In this document: piece after piece, positions 9,038-17,743 of the stretch
Layout: each line of letters opens with the position of its first letter
Position numbering within the stretch: the first letter of the stretch is position 1
Virus record (IMG/VR): IMGVR_UViG_3300035326_000449
Location: 4,280 to 68,279 of that record
Reading direction: 5' to 3' (one strand)
DNA: 64,000 bases
Source: a virus
Program-made: the position numbers and the translations under genes
Notes under the pieces: model-generated
Seen by the model: the letters and a program-made list of their open reading frames with translations, nothing else
Told to the model about the DNA's origin: nothing
The model's database searches: none

Positions 9038-9835
9038 TTATTTGCATATAAGCGAGTCGTTGAGATCGGCTGATTCATTAGTCCTGCCGAAATGATTGCG
9101 GAGCACCGCATAGAGAGAGTTGAGGACCTTGACGTTGTGGTTCACAGTCTCCATGTCCGCTACTTCGCTCTCGCTGGCGCATAGCGGATAGTCAACGATG
9201 ATGTCACGCAAGACCTCAAGGAGATCACTTCCGATGCTTACGCCCGAGAAGTCAACCTCTCCAAGACACTGTGCATCAAGAATCTTGCCGACATTCCTGC
9301 CGACCTCCTTGTTGTATGCGATAAGGTCAGAAACCTTGTGGATGAGGAAAGAGAGTTTTTCCGTAAGTGTGCCCGAATCGTCCAGGGTGTCAGCCACAGC
9401 GCGGTACACGTTGTTGAGTTGACGGAACTCCACAATCTGACGGTTGATCGTGCGGTTGGCTTCGTCAAGCTGGGCGCGGAGAGCCATCACTTCCTCGGTA
9501 CGGTAGCCACCGGTTTTTCGGATGCTGGGAAGCACCTCAGATGTTACCCACTTGCGGAACACCTTTGCTTCCGGCTTCCGGCTGATGAAGATGGCTTCGT
9601 ACAAGCCTACTTCGGTGACAAAGGTCATGGATTGAACCCCTCCTTCAGTAAGGGTGTCGGTAGTAACGACATCCTCTGCATCAAGTCGAGATCTTACATC
9701 ACGACTATTCTTGATGTCGAGTGCCCTGCATACATCGGCAAGGCAGAACAGCGGTTGGTCGCTGGATCCGGCGGTGCGGATCTCTCCGAATTGCGGAGAT
9801 TTGAATACTAAACTTGTGTTCATGTTGTAAAGCAT
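9038..9835 (-). CDS. BRO-N domain antirepressor-like protein
   Basis: FGEIRT...PLFCLADVCRAL, SRKPEAKVFRKWVTSEVLPSIRKTGGY. Confidence 0.9.
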   Translation of the reverse strand: MLYNMNTSLVFKSPQFGEIRTAGSSDQPLFCLADVCRALDIKNSRDVRSRLDAEDVVTTDTLTEGGVQSMTFVTEVGLYEAIFISRKPEAKVFRKWVTSEVLPSIRKTGGYRTEEVMALRAQLDEANRTINRQIVEFRQLNNVYRAVADTLDDSGTLTEKLSFLIHKVSDLIAYNKEVGRNVGKILDAQCLGEVDFSGVSIGSDLLEVLRDIIVDYPLCASESEVADMETVNHNVKVLNSLYAVLRNHFGRTNESADLNDSLICK

Positions 9836-10056
9836 TTTATGAACGGTTAAAGTCAGGGCGCAAAAAAGCGGTCGCCTTATTGCGCTGCTTTACAAAGATT
9901 GACCCCTCGCTCGACTGAGCAAGTACCGTTCTTTACGCAATAGGCAACCGCCTATGAGAGTGGTGTCGGAGCATAGAAAATGCCCGACCGCAATATGGTT
10001 GAGCGAGTAACGACCGCTCTGCCGAACCGTAGGAGGTTAACCTTTGTAAAGCACTA
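9825..10056 (-). ncRNA. c4/CI-like structured leader or antisense RNA 2
   Basis: ttgtaaagca at 9825 and 10044, complement at 9886-9895; GC-rich stem ending in a U-run; same layout as 7459-7662. Confidence 0.65.
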
Positions 10057-10088
10057 CAAAATTAATAAAAAATAATCATATAGCCAAA
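10057..10088 (-). promoter_or_regulatory. sigmaA-type promoter, copy 5
   Basis: TTTG-N20-TAATTTTG with TGATTA in spacer. Confidence 0.7.
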
Positions 10089-10228
10089 CTTTAGCCGTTC
10101 AAATTGTTATAAAATTTATCAACCAAGTTCTGCCTGCCCGTGAGGGCTGACTGGACTTCCGGGGGATGGCTGACGGTGTATGAAACTCGACAGGGTTTCT
10201 TCACCATCCCCGGTTTTCTATGAACGGA

Positions 10229-10474
10229 TTATCGTTCAGTTTCAGGTAAGGGAAGAATCCTGATGTTGTGCTTTATGGCGTTGGCTTCGGCGCGAGGGCG
10301 TTTCTGCATGAACTGACGGGACTTCTTAAGTCCGAACCCTCTGTCCATCCGATGAAGCGTTGAATCAGAAATCCCCAACAGAGCCTTGATCTCATCGTTC
10401 TTGGTATGTTTGAAGTGACGTATCAACCACTTCTCCTGTTCCGGACTCAGATATATTTTGACGGTCTTTCCCAT
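10229..10474 (-). CDS. Small basic HTH-like protein
   Basis: NDEIKALLGISDSTLHRM HTH-like pattern. Confidence 0.55.
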   Translation of the reverse strand: MGKTVKIYLSPEQEKWLIRHFKHTKNDEIKALLGISDSTLHRMDRGFGLKKSRQFMQKRPRAEANAIKHNIRILPLPETER

Positions 10475-10503
10475 TGGTCAGCTATCTTTGTAGATGAAGG
10501 AAA

Positions 10504-10800
10504 TCAATCAGTAAAACCAAAATCCACAATTTTCAGATATTCATCTTTTTGGGGGAACAAAAGAGTCGATTCCGTAATGAGTGTGCCAAACCAATTTACT
10601 CCCACTCTTTTTTCAATCGTTGTTGGTTTGGAATCATCATTGTCTGAATGACGAATATCGTAGGCTTTTTGGTTTACGTCCAAAGAATCACGATTTACGC
10701 GGACTTCGACAAATATCCCTTCTATTTCCTGCTTATTTTTCAACACAACTACCGCATGACGATAATTACCAGAATTAATAATTTCTTCTAATGTCTTCAT
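10504..10800 (-). CDS. LPD28-like (large polyvalent protein-associated domain) protein
   Basis: RVNRDSL...YDIRHSD...PTTIEKRVGVNWFGTLIT pattern; AT-rich. Confidence 0.6.
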   Translation of the reverse strand: MKTLEEIINSGNYRHAVVVLKNKQEIEGIFVEVRVNRDSLDVNQKAYDIRHSDNDDSKPTTIEKRVGVNWFGTLITESTLLFPQKDEYLKIVDFGFTD

Positions 10801-10948
10801 TTTTTAATATTTAATAAAATTGATAATTTTGAATCAAAGAGAAAAAAGAGCTGGACGGTTTAGGAGTCCTATGGTCAAGACTTTGCAAATAACTTCCCAT
10901 TGGGGTTGTTTCCTTGCCCTCTCCATGCCGGCCGGCTCTTATGAGGAT

Positions 10949-11074
10949 TCAGGCGATGCAGTGTTTAAGGTTCCACAATGCCGAATCGAATATCTTATTG
11001 AGTCGCTTCGCTTCCGACGCAATCTTTTCTGCCTGAGCCGTCAAATTCCGGCTTACGTTCTTGTCTGCTCTCAT
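10949..11074 (-). CDS. Possible 41-aa peptide
   Basis: Hand-translated MRADKNVSRNLTAQAEKIASEAKRLNKIFDSALWNLKHCIA with A-rich upstream region. Confidence 0.35.
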   Translation of the reverse strand: MRADKNVSRNLTAQAEKIASEAKRLNKIFDSALWNLKHCIA

Positions 11075-11218
11075 TTATTTCTGCTGAATTATTCCAAATT
11101 TCAATTATTTGGAGCATTTTACTAATTTAGATGATTGGATTTTGAGGATTATGCGCTCAGTGAACAGTTTCGTTCACCGCTTTTCGCTTTTTCAGGGGGA
11201 TTCCGGGTAGTTTTGGAC

Positions 11219-11434
11219 CTATTTATACTGGTACATGCAGAGCATCACGAACTCCTGAGCCTTCTGCGGATTATAGCCGGTGGGGGTTCCGAAAATGACC
11301 TTTCTGGTAGCCGGATCGCATGTCTGCAACTCGGCATTGACGTACTCTTCAAGGCTCATTTCATCATAGAGTCCCTGGCTTTCGTACTCATCCACGAAAT
11401 AGCGGGCTGCTTCCTCAATTGTCGGTGAACTCAT
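11219..11434 (-). CDS. Small acidic hypothetical protein
   Basis: 71-aa ORF in the operon behind promoter copy 6. Confidence 0.65.
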   Translation of the reverse strand: MSSPTIEEAARYFVDEYESQGLYDEMSLEEYVNAELQTCDPATRKVIFGTPTGYNPQKAQEFVMLCMYQYK

Positions 11435-11437
11435 GGC

Positions 11438-11599
11438 TCAGATCTCCTGGAACATTCCACCTCTAAACACTGCCACGAAGTAATCTTTGTTGTTGTTAGC
11501 CTTGCAACACTTATTGGCGAAATCACGGGCTACTTCCTCATTTCTGAGAGACTTAACTGCGTATCCGGCAGACTTTTTGATAACATAAAACTTGCTCAT
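11438..11599 (-). CDS. Small hypothetical protein (53 aa)
   Basis: MSKFYVIKKSAGYAV... starts at the conserved AAAACAAGACAAAATG leader. Confidence 0.65.
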   Translation of the reverse strand: MSKFYVIKKSAGYAVKSLRNEEVARDFANKCCKANNNKDYFVAVFRGGMFQEI

Positions 11600-11642
11600 T
11601 TTGTCTTGTTTTTAGGAGTTGTCTTATTTCTTATTTGCACTA

Positions 11643-11674
11643 CAAAAATAATACAATTTTATCAAATACGCAAA
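11643..11674 (-). promoter_or_regulatory. sigmaA-type early promoter, copy 6
   Basis: TTTG-N20-TATTTTTG, TGATAA boxes, conserved leader. Confidence 0.8.
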
Positions 11675-11847
11675 TTGTATTCGGAGAAAATTATCATTTT
11701 TACGAAGGATTCAATAAAAAAGCGTGCCACAAGGACACGCACAGATGATTATGATAAAAGTCAGGCGGCTATGCTCACGCACGACACCCTGCCTAACTAC
11801 AAAGAAACGTTTTATACGTCAATCTCAATATATTTACGGCGTTTTTC

Positions 11848-12564
11848 CTACTGAACGGGCTCGTCCGCGTTTGCCGGAGTCTCATTAAAGTCATTCTTTG
11901 CTGTCAGAACGACCTCCGTTGTATCGGCAATGACAACCCACTGGCCGTTCTGGATCGCATAATGCTTGCTGTCGGTCAGAGGCATGTCAGGGATGGAATT
12001 AAGTTTCGTCTGGATGCTTGCGAGCTGGGTAGTGAGCAATGCCACAGACTGAGCAAGTGAATTGAGGGCTGATTCTTTGGCATACTCTGCCATATTAGGC
12101 ATATCAACCTTCTTCTGGTAGATACGATCCGCATCTGTTGCCTTCAGATAATCGGAAAGATCCACCTTCGGATTGAATTTGCCGACCACTTCCCAATGGT
12201 CTCCGGTCCATATGTATTCTATCCGCTCATTTTTCCCGACCGCTCCGTCAGGGTCAGGAACGCAATAGATTTTGTTCTTGATATCCGATGTAGGCAATTC
12301 ATCCACGAGGACAAAGGGCGACACATCGAGCGTGGTGCGGATCTCGTTAGTTGCGGTAATCTCTATGCCGTAGCCGGGAGTGAGCTTATTCTGCTTGCCA
12401 TTGACGGAGGACTGTGTGGCCATGCCCTCGCGGATGATGGATTTCAGCAATTCCACCGAAAAGGCACCGTTCGCATTGTCTTTCGCAAACGGTATTATTT
12501 CCTGGCCTGTAAGATCAGGAGCGAGCATGAGCTGGCTGATTGATAAGTCTTGATTCTGATTCAT
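11848..12564 (-). CDS. Tail/fibre-associated structural protein
   Basis: KQNKLTPGYGIEI and VDELPTSDIKNKIYCVP...EYIW..WE fibre-type segments; end of the virion operon. Confidence 0.55.
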   Translation of the reverse strand: MNQNQDLSISQLMLAPDLTGQEIIPFAKDNANGAFSVELLKSIIREGMATQSSVNGKQNKLTPGYGIEITATNEIRTTLDVSPFVLVDELPTSDIKNKIYCVPDPDGAVGKNERIEYIWTGDHWEVVGKFNPKVDLSDYLKATDADRIYQKKVDMPNMAEYAKESALNSLAQSVALLTTQLASIQTKLNSIPDMPLTDSKHYAIQNGQWVVIADTTEVVLTAKNDFNETPANADEPVQ

Positions 12565-12575
12565 ATTGAATGTTG

Positions 12576-12878
12576 TTAATCTTTATGTTCAAGATGGATT
12601 TTGAAACCGTCCTCCTGAAGAAGTCTGTTACCGTTCTCAAGCATGAGTGTCGGATAGACCTTCGGAGGAAGCAGAGGAAAAAGCCGGGTGCCCTCCCTTT
12701 CCAATCGAATCCGGCCACCGTTCTCAAGCAGGAAATGGAACCCGGACTCAAGGGCGAGCAATGGCTTCTCCCTCATATTCGTGTCTGGTCTGTGAAAGCT
12801 CATAACGACACGCTGCATCATGACCGGAGTCAGGCGTGCCGTTACGAGTTTCACAATGGGTATCAGAACTTCTTTCAT
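12576..12878 (-). CDS. Small virion-operon protein
   Basis: Repeated LLENG/LQEDG motifs; coupled to neighbours. Confidence 0.55.
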   Translation of the reverse strand: MKEVLIPIVKLVTARLTPVMMQRVVMSFHRPDTNMREKPLLALESGFHFLLENGGRIRLEREGTRLFPLLPPKVYPTLMLENGNRLLQEDGFKIHLEHKD

Positions 12879-13153
12879 ACGCCTGTGATTTTTGCGGCGG
12901 TCACTTCGGTATATGATACAAGGGTGAGCTTGACATCGGCTGGAACATCGATCTCAAACATCAGATCCTTATATGAACCAGGACCGAAGTTGAAGAGAAT
13001 CGACTTCTCCAAATCCCCAATGCTGCCATATACAAGGAGAGTGCCGGACTTTGTTCTGTTGAGGTCAACCGCTATACGGTCTCCCAAAGATGTGCAGTTC
13101 GCTTCATAGTGTCCCTGAGCGTTCTGCGTGAAAGTGAGATCAGTTGCCGCCAT
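12875..13153 (-). CDS. Small beta-rich virion-operon protein
   Basis: 92-aa ORF, 4-nt overlap with the downstream gene. Confidence 0.6.
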   Translation of the reverse strand: MAATDLTFTQNAQGHYEANCTSLGDRIAVDLNRTKSGTLLVYGSIGDLEKSILFNFGPGSYKDLMFEIDVPADVKLTLVSYTEVTAAKITGV

Positions 13154-13156
13154 ATC

Positions 13157-13429
13157 TTATGTCGTTTTGTGATGTTTGATTATACTCTCTATAGCATCGA
13201 TGAAAGCTGGACTACATAGCTTGGAGTACGCTTCTATGAGTTGCAGTTCCCTTTTCTCATAGTGAGTTGGCCCTGCGGAATTATATATCTTCAGGGCGAG
13301 CGCGTGAGCCTCGATGCCACTGCCAGAATTATAGATCACATCTGCGAACTGAGTCCGGAGGTCACAGATTTGGCAATTCATGTGAGCCACGTCCGTGAAG
13401 ATTTCGATTCTTGAAAAGTCGATTGTCAT
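13157..13429 (-). CDS. Small hypothetical protein, possible fibre chaperone
   Basis: 90-aa ORF directly after the fibre gene. Confidence 0.55.
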   Translation of the reverse strand: MTIDFSRIEIFTDVAHMNCQICDLRTQFADVIYNSGSGIEAHALALKIYNSAGPTHYEKRELQLIEAYSKLCSPAFIDAIESIIKHHKTT

Positions 13430-13436
13430 AATTATA

Positions 13437-15428
13437 TTAGTTTTGTCTGTTTATAATTCTCGCTGTATACATTAGGCTATATGATGTGTCAAGCACCCCC
13501 GACTTGTTTGGATCGTATATCAATAGGAATGTTACGGAATCTCCGGCCCCCATTTCAAGGCTGTCGTATCGACCGTTATTCCAATGGGTCATTGTCGGAT
13601 ACTCACTTGTGTAGTAAGGTGTCTGTTCAGAACCATTGACATTCACTTTCTTTTGACATCGCCCATAGACATTGAAATTATTCTGGCTGTGCAAATCGGC
13701 TACAATGGTAAATTCAATGCAAAAAGCAGTGGATGTTCCGATTCCCAATGCAGTACGAACCTCAGACAAGGTCGGGAGTGTAATGCCTGATGAGGAACCG
13801 GTCGCATATACTATCCACTTATTGTTTTGCGAGATTTTCAAATATCCATTGTATATCGTGTTACTTGCATTCAGCGTATATTTGCTAAAATGGTAACCAC
13901 CTATCCATCCGTCGAGGTTTCCGTTTCCCGATCCTAAGAAAGCATGGTTTATATCTGCGTTCTTTGCTGAAAGCAACATAGCAATGTTCCTTCCAAGCCC
14001 CCAGAAGTCATTATTATCCTCATTTTCAAAGCGTGCCACGGCCCTCATTGCAGAAGTAGCCGGGAGGATATTCCCTCCTATTCCGGCGAATGTATGATGA
14101 GTATCATTCCTGAATATGATGCAGGCGTCATTGTCAAATTCCGGCCCGTTTGTAAGGCTGTTACCAAATATGTTGAACCCCGCTATCTTGCCGGAAGTAG
14201 CTGTGATTTTTCCTGTAATATTTGCGTTGGATGAAAACAATGCTCCAAAGACATCGACCCTAAACGGAGCATCATCTGGAAGCTGTGAGCCAGCCCAAAT
14301 ACGAATCTTCTTTCCACTATTAGAGCCGGAAAAGCCGGCAGTGATAACCCCATCATCATTTGTTATAAGAATCTGGTTAGATTGCATCAGTGTTATGATG
14401 GCATCGTCGGCAAGAAGCAACGGCGTGTATATCGGTTCAAGGTCGTTAAGCGGCTCCCAATATTTAAGCCAAGGTTCAGTCCCTTTGCTCGTAAGTTGTG
14501 GGGCGTTGTCTTCGGAGGAATGATGAGTTTCCCTGCACCTGAACCATTTCGCTTTAGAGGCGAGCACAGAATTTTGCTCGGACATGAGATACACAAGGTC
14601 TATGTATCTTAGTCCGGCTGTTTCAAGTTCCGAGTCATTACGGAACATAAACCCAGTAGCAAATTTGGAGCGGCGGTATATGCAGCCTTGCAGACCTTGC
14701 AAACCCGGCGTACCATCCTTGACCGTATGGACGCATATTATCTTTTCATATTTCTTTCCACCGGCAGTGACAGTAAACGGAATGTCTATATTCACATCAT
14801 TTCCTGCGACATACCTGAAATAATAGTAAAATCCATCGGAATCATCGGTGCCGAACCCCCATGTCAAACCGGATGTTATGGGTTTTGACATACCCTCCCC
14901 AAGAGTGGAACACAGGTATTCATCATTATATTTCAGCTTTTTATTTCCTATATACACATCAATCTTGACAACTCGCCGAGGAACAGATGTTGAATAATTG
15001 AACTCAACATTCTCGGGAGATACAACGATAGTGACCGCATCCATTCCGGGCTGTCCTTCACGGTTTATGACAAGAGCCTCGGATGCAACCACTTTGTTAT
15101 TGATCCGATACTCGAAAGACACTGCCGCATAAGTTGCCGCAGCTGCAGAAGTAACTCCAGACGCGGCAACATCTGAGATAGTGCCGTCCATTTTAGTATA
15201 GACCAGCCTCATACCTCCATCATTGGCCTCGGAAGTAACGCCACCAACATTTTTATAAGCTTTTGCGGTTATATTGTTGGCATTACATATGACCGATCCG
15301 TCTGCTTTTATAGTTATTGAGTTGGGTGAAAGAACAATATAATAGTTGACCGAATCGGCCCCCGGTGTCCCCGGGGTGCCGTCTTTCGGTCTGCGCCTGA
15401 TTGTTATGCGGCCTTGTGCTTTCGGCAT
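13437..15428 (-). CDS. Tail fibre/spike protein
   Basis: 663 aa, short collagen-like GxP/GLQ stretches, ANITGKITATSGKIAGF fibre motif, beta-rich. Confidence 0.65.
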   Translation of the reverse strand: MPKAQGRITIRRRPKDGTPGTPGADSVNYYIVLSPNSITIKADGSVICNANNITAKAYKNVGGVTSEANDGGMRLVYTKMDGTISDVAASGVTSAAAATYAAVSFEYRINNKVVASEALVINREGQPGMDAVTIVVSPENVEFNYSTSVPRRVVKIDVYIGNKKLKYNDEYLCSTLGEGMSKPITSGLTWGFGTDDSDGFYYYFRYVAGNDVNIDIPFTVTAGGKKYEKIICVHTVKDGTPGLQGLQGCIYRRSKFATGFMFRNDSELETAGLRYIDLVYLMSEQNSVLASKAKWFRCRETHHSSEDNAPQLTSKGTEPWLKYWEPLNDLEPIYTPLLLADDAIITLMQSNQILITNDDGVITAGFSGSNSGKKIRIWAGSQLPDDAPFRVDVFGALFSSNANITGKITATSGKIAGFNIFGNSLTNGPEFDNDACIIFRNDTHHTFAGIGGNILPATSAMRAVARFENEDNNDFWGLGRNIAMLLSAKNADINHAFLGSGNGNLDGWIGGYHFSKYTLNASNTIYNGYLKISQNNKWIVYATGSSSGITLPTLSEVRTALGIGTSTAFCIEFTIVADLHSQNNFNVYGRCQKKVNVNGSEQTPYYTSEYPTMTHWNNGRYDSLEMGAGDSVTFLLIYDPNKSGVLDTSYSLMYTARIINRQN

Positions 15429-15437
15429 GACAATTTA

Positions 15438-15842
15438 TTATTTGAGCATTGTGATTACGGTAGTGGCGATTCCTTTGGCGGTCGTGCGCCATGACTGATA
15501 TTCCGACCATTCATTGACATATTCCTCGCGCTTGTCTTCTTCGACAGAGCTTCGGGTGTCTTTCGCGTCAATGAAGTTTGCGGAGAGAGCCTGAACGTCA
15601 TCCGCAGAGTATCTGTCATTGACAATTGCCGAAACTATCGAGCCATAGGTGATGGGCGCGGGCACATCAACGTTATAGCACTCGCATAAATCTTCCGGCT
15701 GTGACGGGGATTCCTCTGAGCCGTCCGTGATTTGAGGATCTGGAGCTTTCATGATGTCGAAGAAAATTCTGAGGACTGCGCCCTCCTGACGTATGATGAT
15801 GCCGCTTTCGGGAATCACCGGGATTTGTTCTAATGTCTTCAT
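15438..15842 (-). CDS. Hypothetical protein downstream of the DGR RT
   Basis: 134-aa ORF between RT and fibre gene. Confidence 0.65.
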   Translation of the reverse strand: MKTLEQIPVIPESGIIIRQEGAVLRIFFDIMKAPDPQITDGSEESPSQPEDLCECYNVDVPAPITYGSIVSAIVNDRYSADDVQALSANFIDAKDTRSSVEEDKREEYVNEWSEYQSWRTTAKGIATTVITMLK

Positions 15843-15862
15843 TTCTTTTTCTTGTTTTGGGA

Positions 15863-16444
15863 TTATTCAAATATGTAATCTGTAATTCCGTCTCCGATGT
15901 CTCGCTTTTTGAGCTTTGTCTGAATCGGAAGCGCGTTCATTGTTTTTGCCTGGTCGAGCTGGGACTTCAGGGTGAAAGAGTTCGTGATGAACTTCGCTTC
16001 CTGATTCTCGAAGACTATCTTGACGGCATAGCGTCCACCGCCATTGCGAGTCTTCACGTCCGGCTCGAAATCTAAGACTGTTATAGGGACGTTCAGAATC
16101 TCCATTGCCCTGACTTTACGTATGTCGAAGAAACGCTGTCCGTCCTTGGTAGTGCTTCTTCCGGTTATTCCCATTTCTGAAAAACTCATGTCGTTTTTTG
16201 TTATAGTTTGCCATAAATGACGGCAGTTGCCCCATTTGCACCAGCCCCAATATGAAGCCCGTGTCTCCAGGCGGCGTTTTGCCGTTCTGATTTTCTTTTC
16301 CTTTCTTGCGAAAGACTTCTTTATTGATTTGCGCAATCTCACGTTGCCGTGAGTGAAACAGTAGCCGAGGAAGTCAATGCGTCTTCCGTCTGTTACCGCC
16401 GCGCTGACGCTTCCTTTTCTTCCTTTGTCCGGGTTCTCTTTCAT
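15863..16444 (-). CDS. DGR reverse transcriptase segment 3 (motif 7, thumb) fused to an extra ~108-aa C-terminal domain
   Basis: IDFLGY, VRLRKSIK, SYWGWCKWGNC, followed by MSFSEMGI...DYIFE. Confidence 0.85.
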   Translation of the reverse strand: MKENPDKGRKGSVSAAVTDGRRIDFLGYCFTHGNVRLRKSIKKSFARKEKKIRTAKRRLETRASYWGWCKWGNCRHLWQTITKNDMSFSEMGITGRSTTKDGQRFFDIRKVRAMEILNVPITVLDFEPDVKTRNGGGRYAVKIVFENQEAKFITNSFTLKSQLDQAKTMNALPIQTKLKKRDIGDGITDYIFE

Positions 16445-16703
16445 GTCCGATTGGTGAGATTACAATGTTGGATTTCACACACAGTCCGAGTTCAGATGAC
16501 TTCTCATAGAATATTCGGAGTTTCCTGCGGGCTTCGGCCTTGGTTCTTGCAAGTCCGAGCGTATCGTCACAATAACGCAAGTAGCCGTGATTCCTTCCTT
16601 TATACACTACGGCGTGGTCAATGCGCTTGCCGGACAGATTGCCTATCATCTGACTTGTGACAGCACCGATAGGCGTTCCTCTTCGTGCGTTCGGATTCTT
16701 CAT
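16374..16703 (-). CDS. DGR reverse transcriptase segment 2 (catalytic palm)
   Basis: GTPIGAVTSQ (DGR-type SQ motif) and YLRYCDD. Confidence 0.9.
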   Translation of the reverse strand: MKNPNARRGTPIGAVTSQMIGNLSGKRIDHAVVYKGRNHGYLRYCDDTLGLARTKAEARRKLRIFYEKSSELGLCVKSNIVISPIGHEREPGQRKKRKRQRGGNRRKTH

Positions 16704-17436
16704 TCAGGGTCTGTATTATGTTTTCATCGCTTGCATAGTTGAAAAGGATAATCCGTATAAGCCTTATGAAATGTCTGTCCTTGAATAGAGCGGTCATTTC
16801 TGCCTCAATCAGCTCATGTGGAATCGACTGATAGAACTTCTTGAAATCGGTCTTCCAAAACCATTTCCATTCCGGGTGTCGGCGAAGCATCTTTTTCAGA
16901 GTCCTGACACCGTAATGAAGCCCGCGCCCTTTGATGCAGGCGAATGCGCCGGGTATCAGACTGCCATAGACCTTTGGCTCGATTACACGCAGTACCGCAT
17001 GATGAAGTATGCGCCACGGATAGAAATGCTGTTTGATTATCTCCCTGACTTTGCCGGCATCGGTCTTGATTTCCTGCGATGTGTACTCGCAAGGAGGGAA
17101 GTCAAGCGTCAGAATCATGAGTTGAAGTTCACGGAGTTCCTGAAACTTTCTTTGATTGTGCCGTGTGATATAGCGGTGCGGGACATGAAACACCCTGCCG
17201 CTTTTGACAATCCGGCGTTGCGATTTCCCTTTTTGTGCCGTATCGTCGGCGGCAAGAAGATTATCCATTGTAGCTATCCGCTCAATGATGTGTCCCTCTC
17301 GTTTCGGACGTTTGCCGCCGTTAATCCTTATGGCGGACTCGTAACGTTCGATACGTGCCGACAGCAACGCGTCAATCTCTGAGCAGGAGAGTGAACGCCA
17401 GTCAATGTCTGATATGTCAGCCGTGAGATATTCCAT
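16618..17436 (-). CDS. DGR reverse transcriptase segment 1 (motifs 1-3)
   Basis: GKVREI, RILHHAV, ACIKGRGLH, KTDFKKFYQSIPH. Confidence 0.9.
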   Translation of the reverse strand: MEYLTADISDIDWRSLSCSEIDALLSARIERYESAIRINGGKRPKREGHIIERIATMDNLLAADDTAQKGKSQRRIVKSGRVFHVPHRYITRHNQRKFQELRELQLMILTLDFPPCEYTSQEIKTDAGKVREIIKQHFYPWRILHHAVLRVIEPKVYGSLIPGAFACIKGRGLHYGVRTLKKMLRRHPEWKWFWKTDFKKFYQSIPHELIEAEMTALFKDRHFIRLIRIILFNYASDENIIQTLNEESERTKRNAYRCCHKSDDRQSVRQAH

Positions 17437-17743
17437 GTCTATACGTGTATCGTCATTCTGAAAGAAGTGTCGTGTTTGCCAAACTCATGTCTTTTTCAGA
17501 CCTATATAAAAAGATTCCACATAGGCAAGCGGACGCTTGCTTGGAATCCCTGCCCGGAGCTTTCGAGAGTCAACCTACTTGCCCCGCTTGTCTGCCCGCA
17601 AGAGACAGACCTTTCCGCTTACGAGATTTTTTGACTTCACGGAACTGTGTCTAAGTTCCGTTACGCTGCACAGTCGAATCGAGTTAGATGCAGGGTCAGG
17701 GTTCGGGGAACGGTTTTCAGGATTTCTCCTGTATGTCAAGTTT

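Noticed and set aside
15863-17436. RT as a group II intron, retron or decayed pseudogene
   Set aside because: The SQ motif, adjacent TR/VR pair, intact catalytic residues and two similar junctions fit a DGR and argue against random decay.
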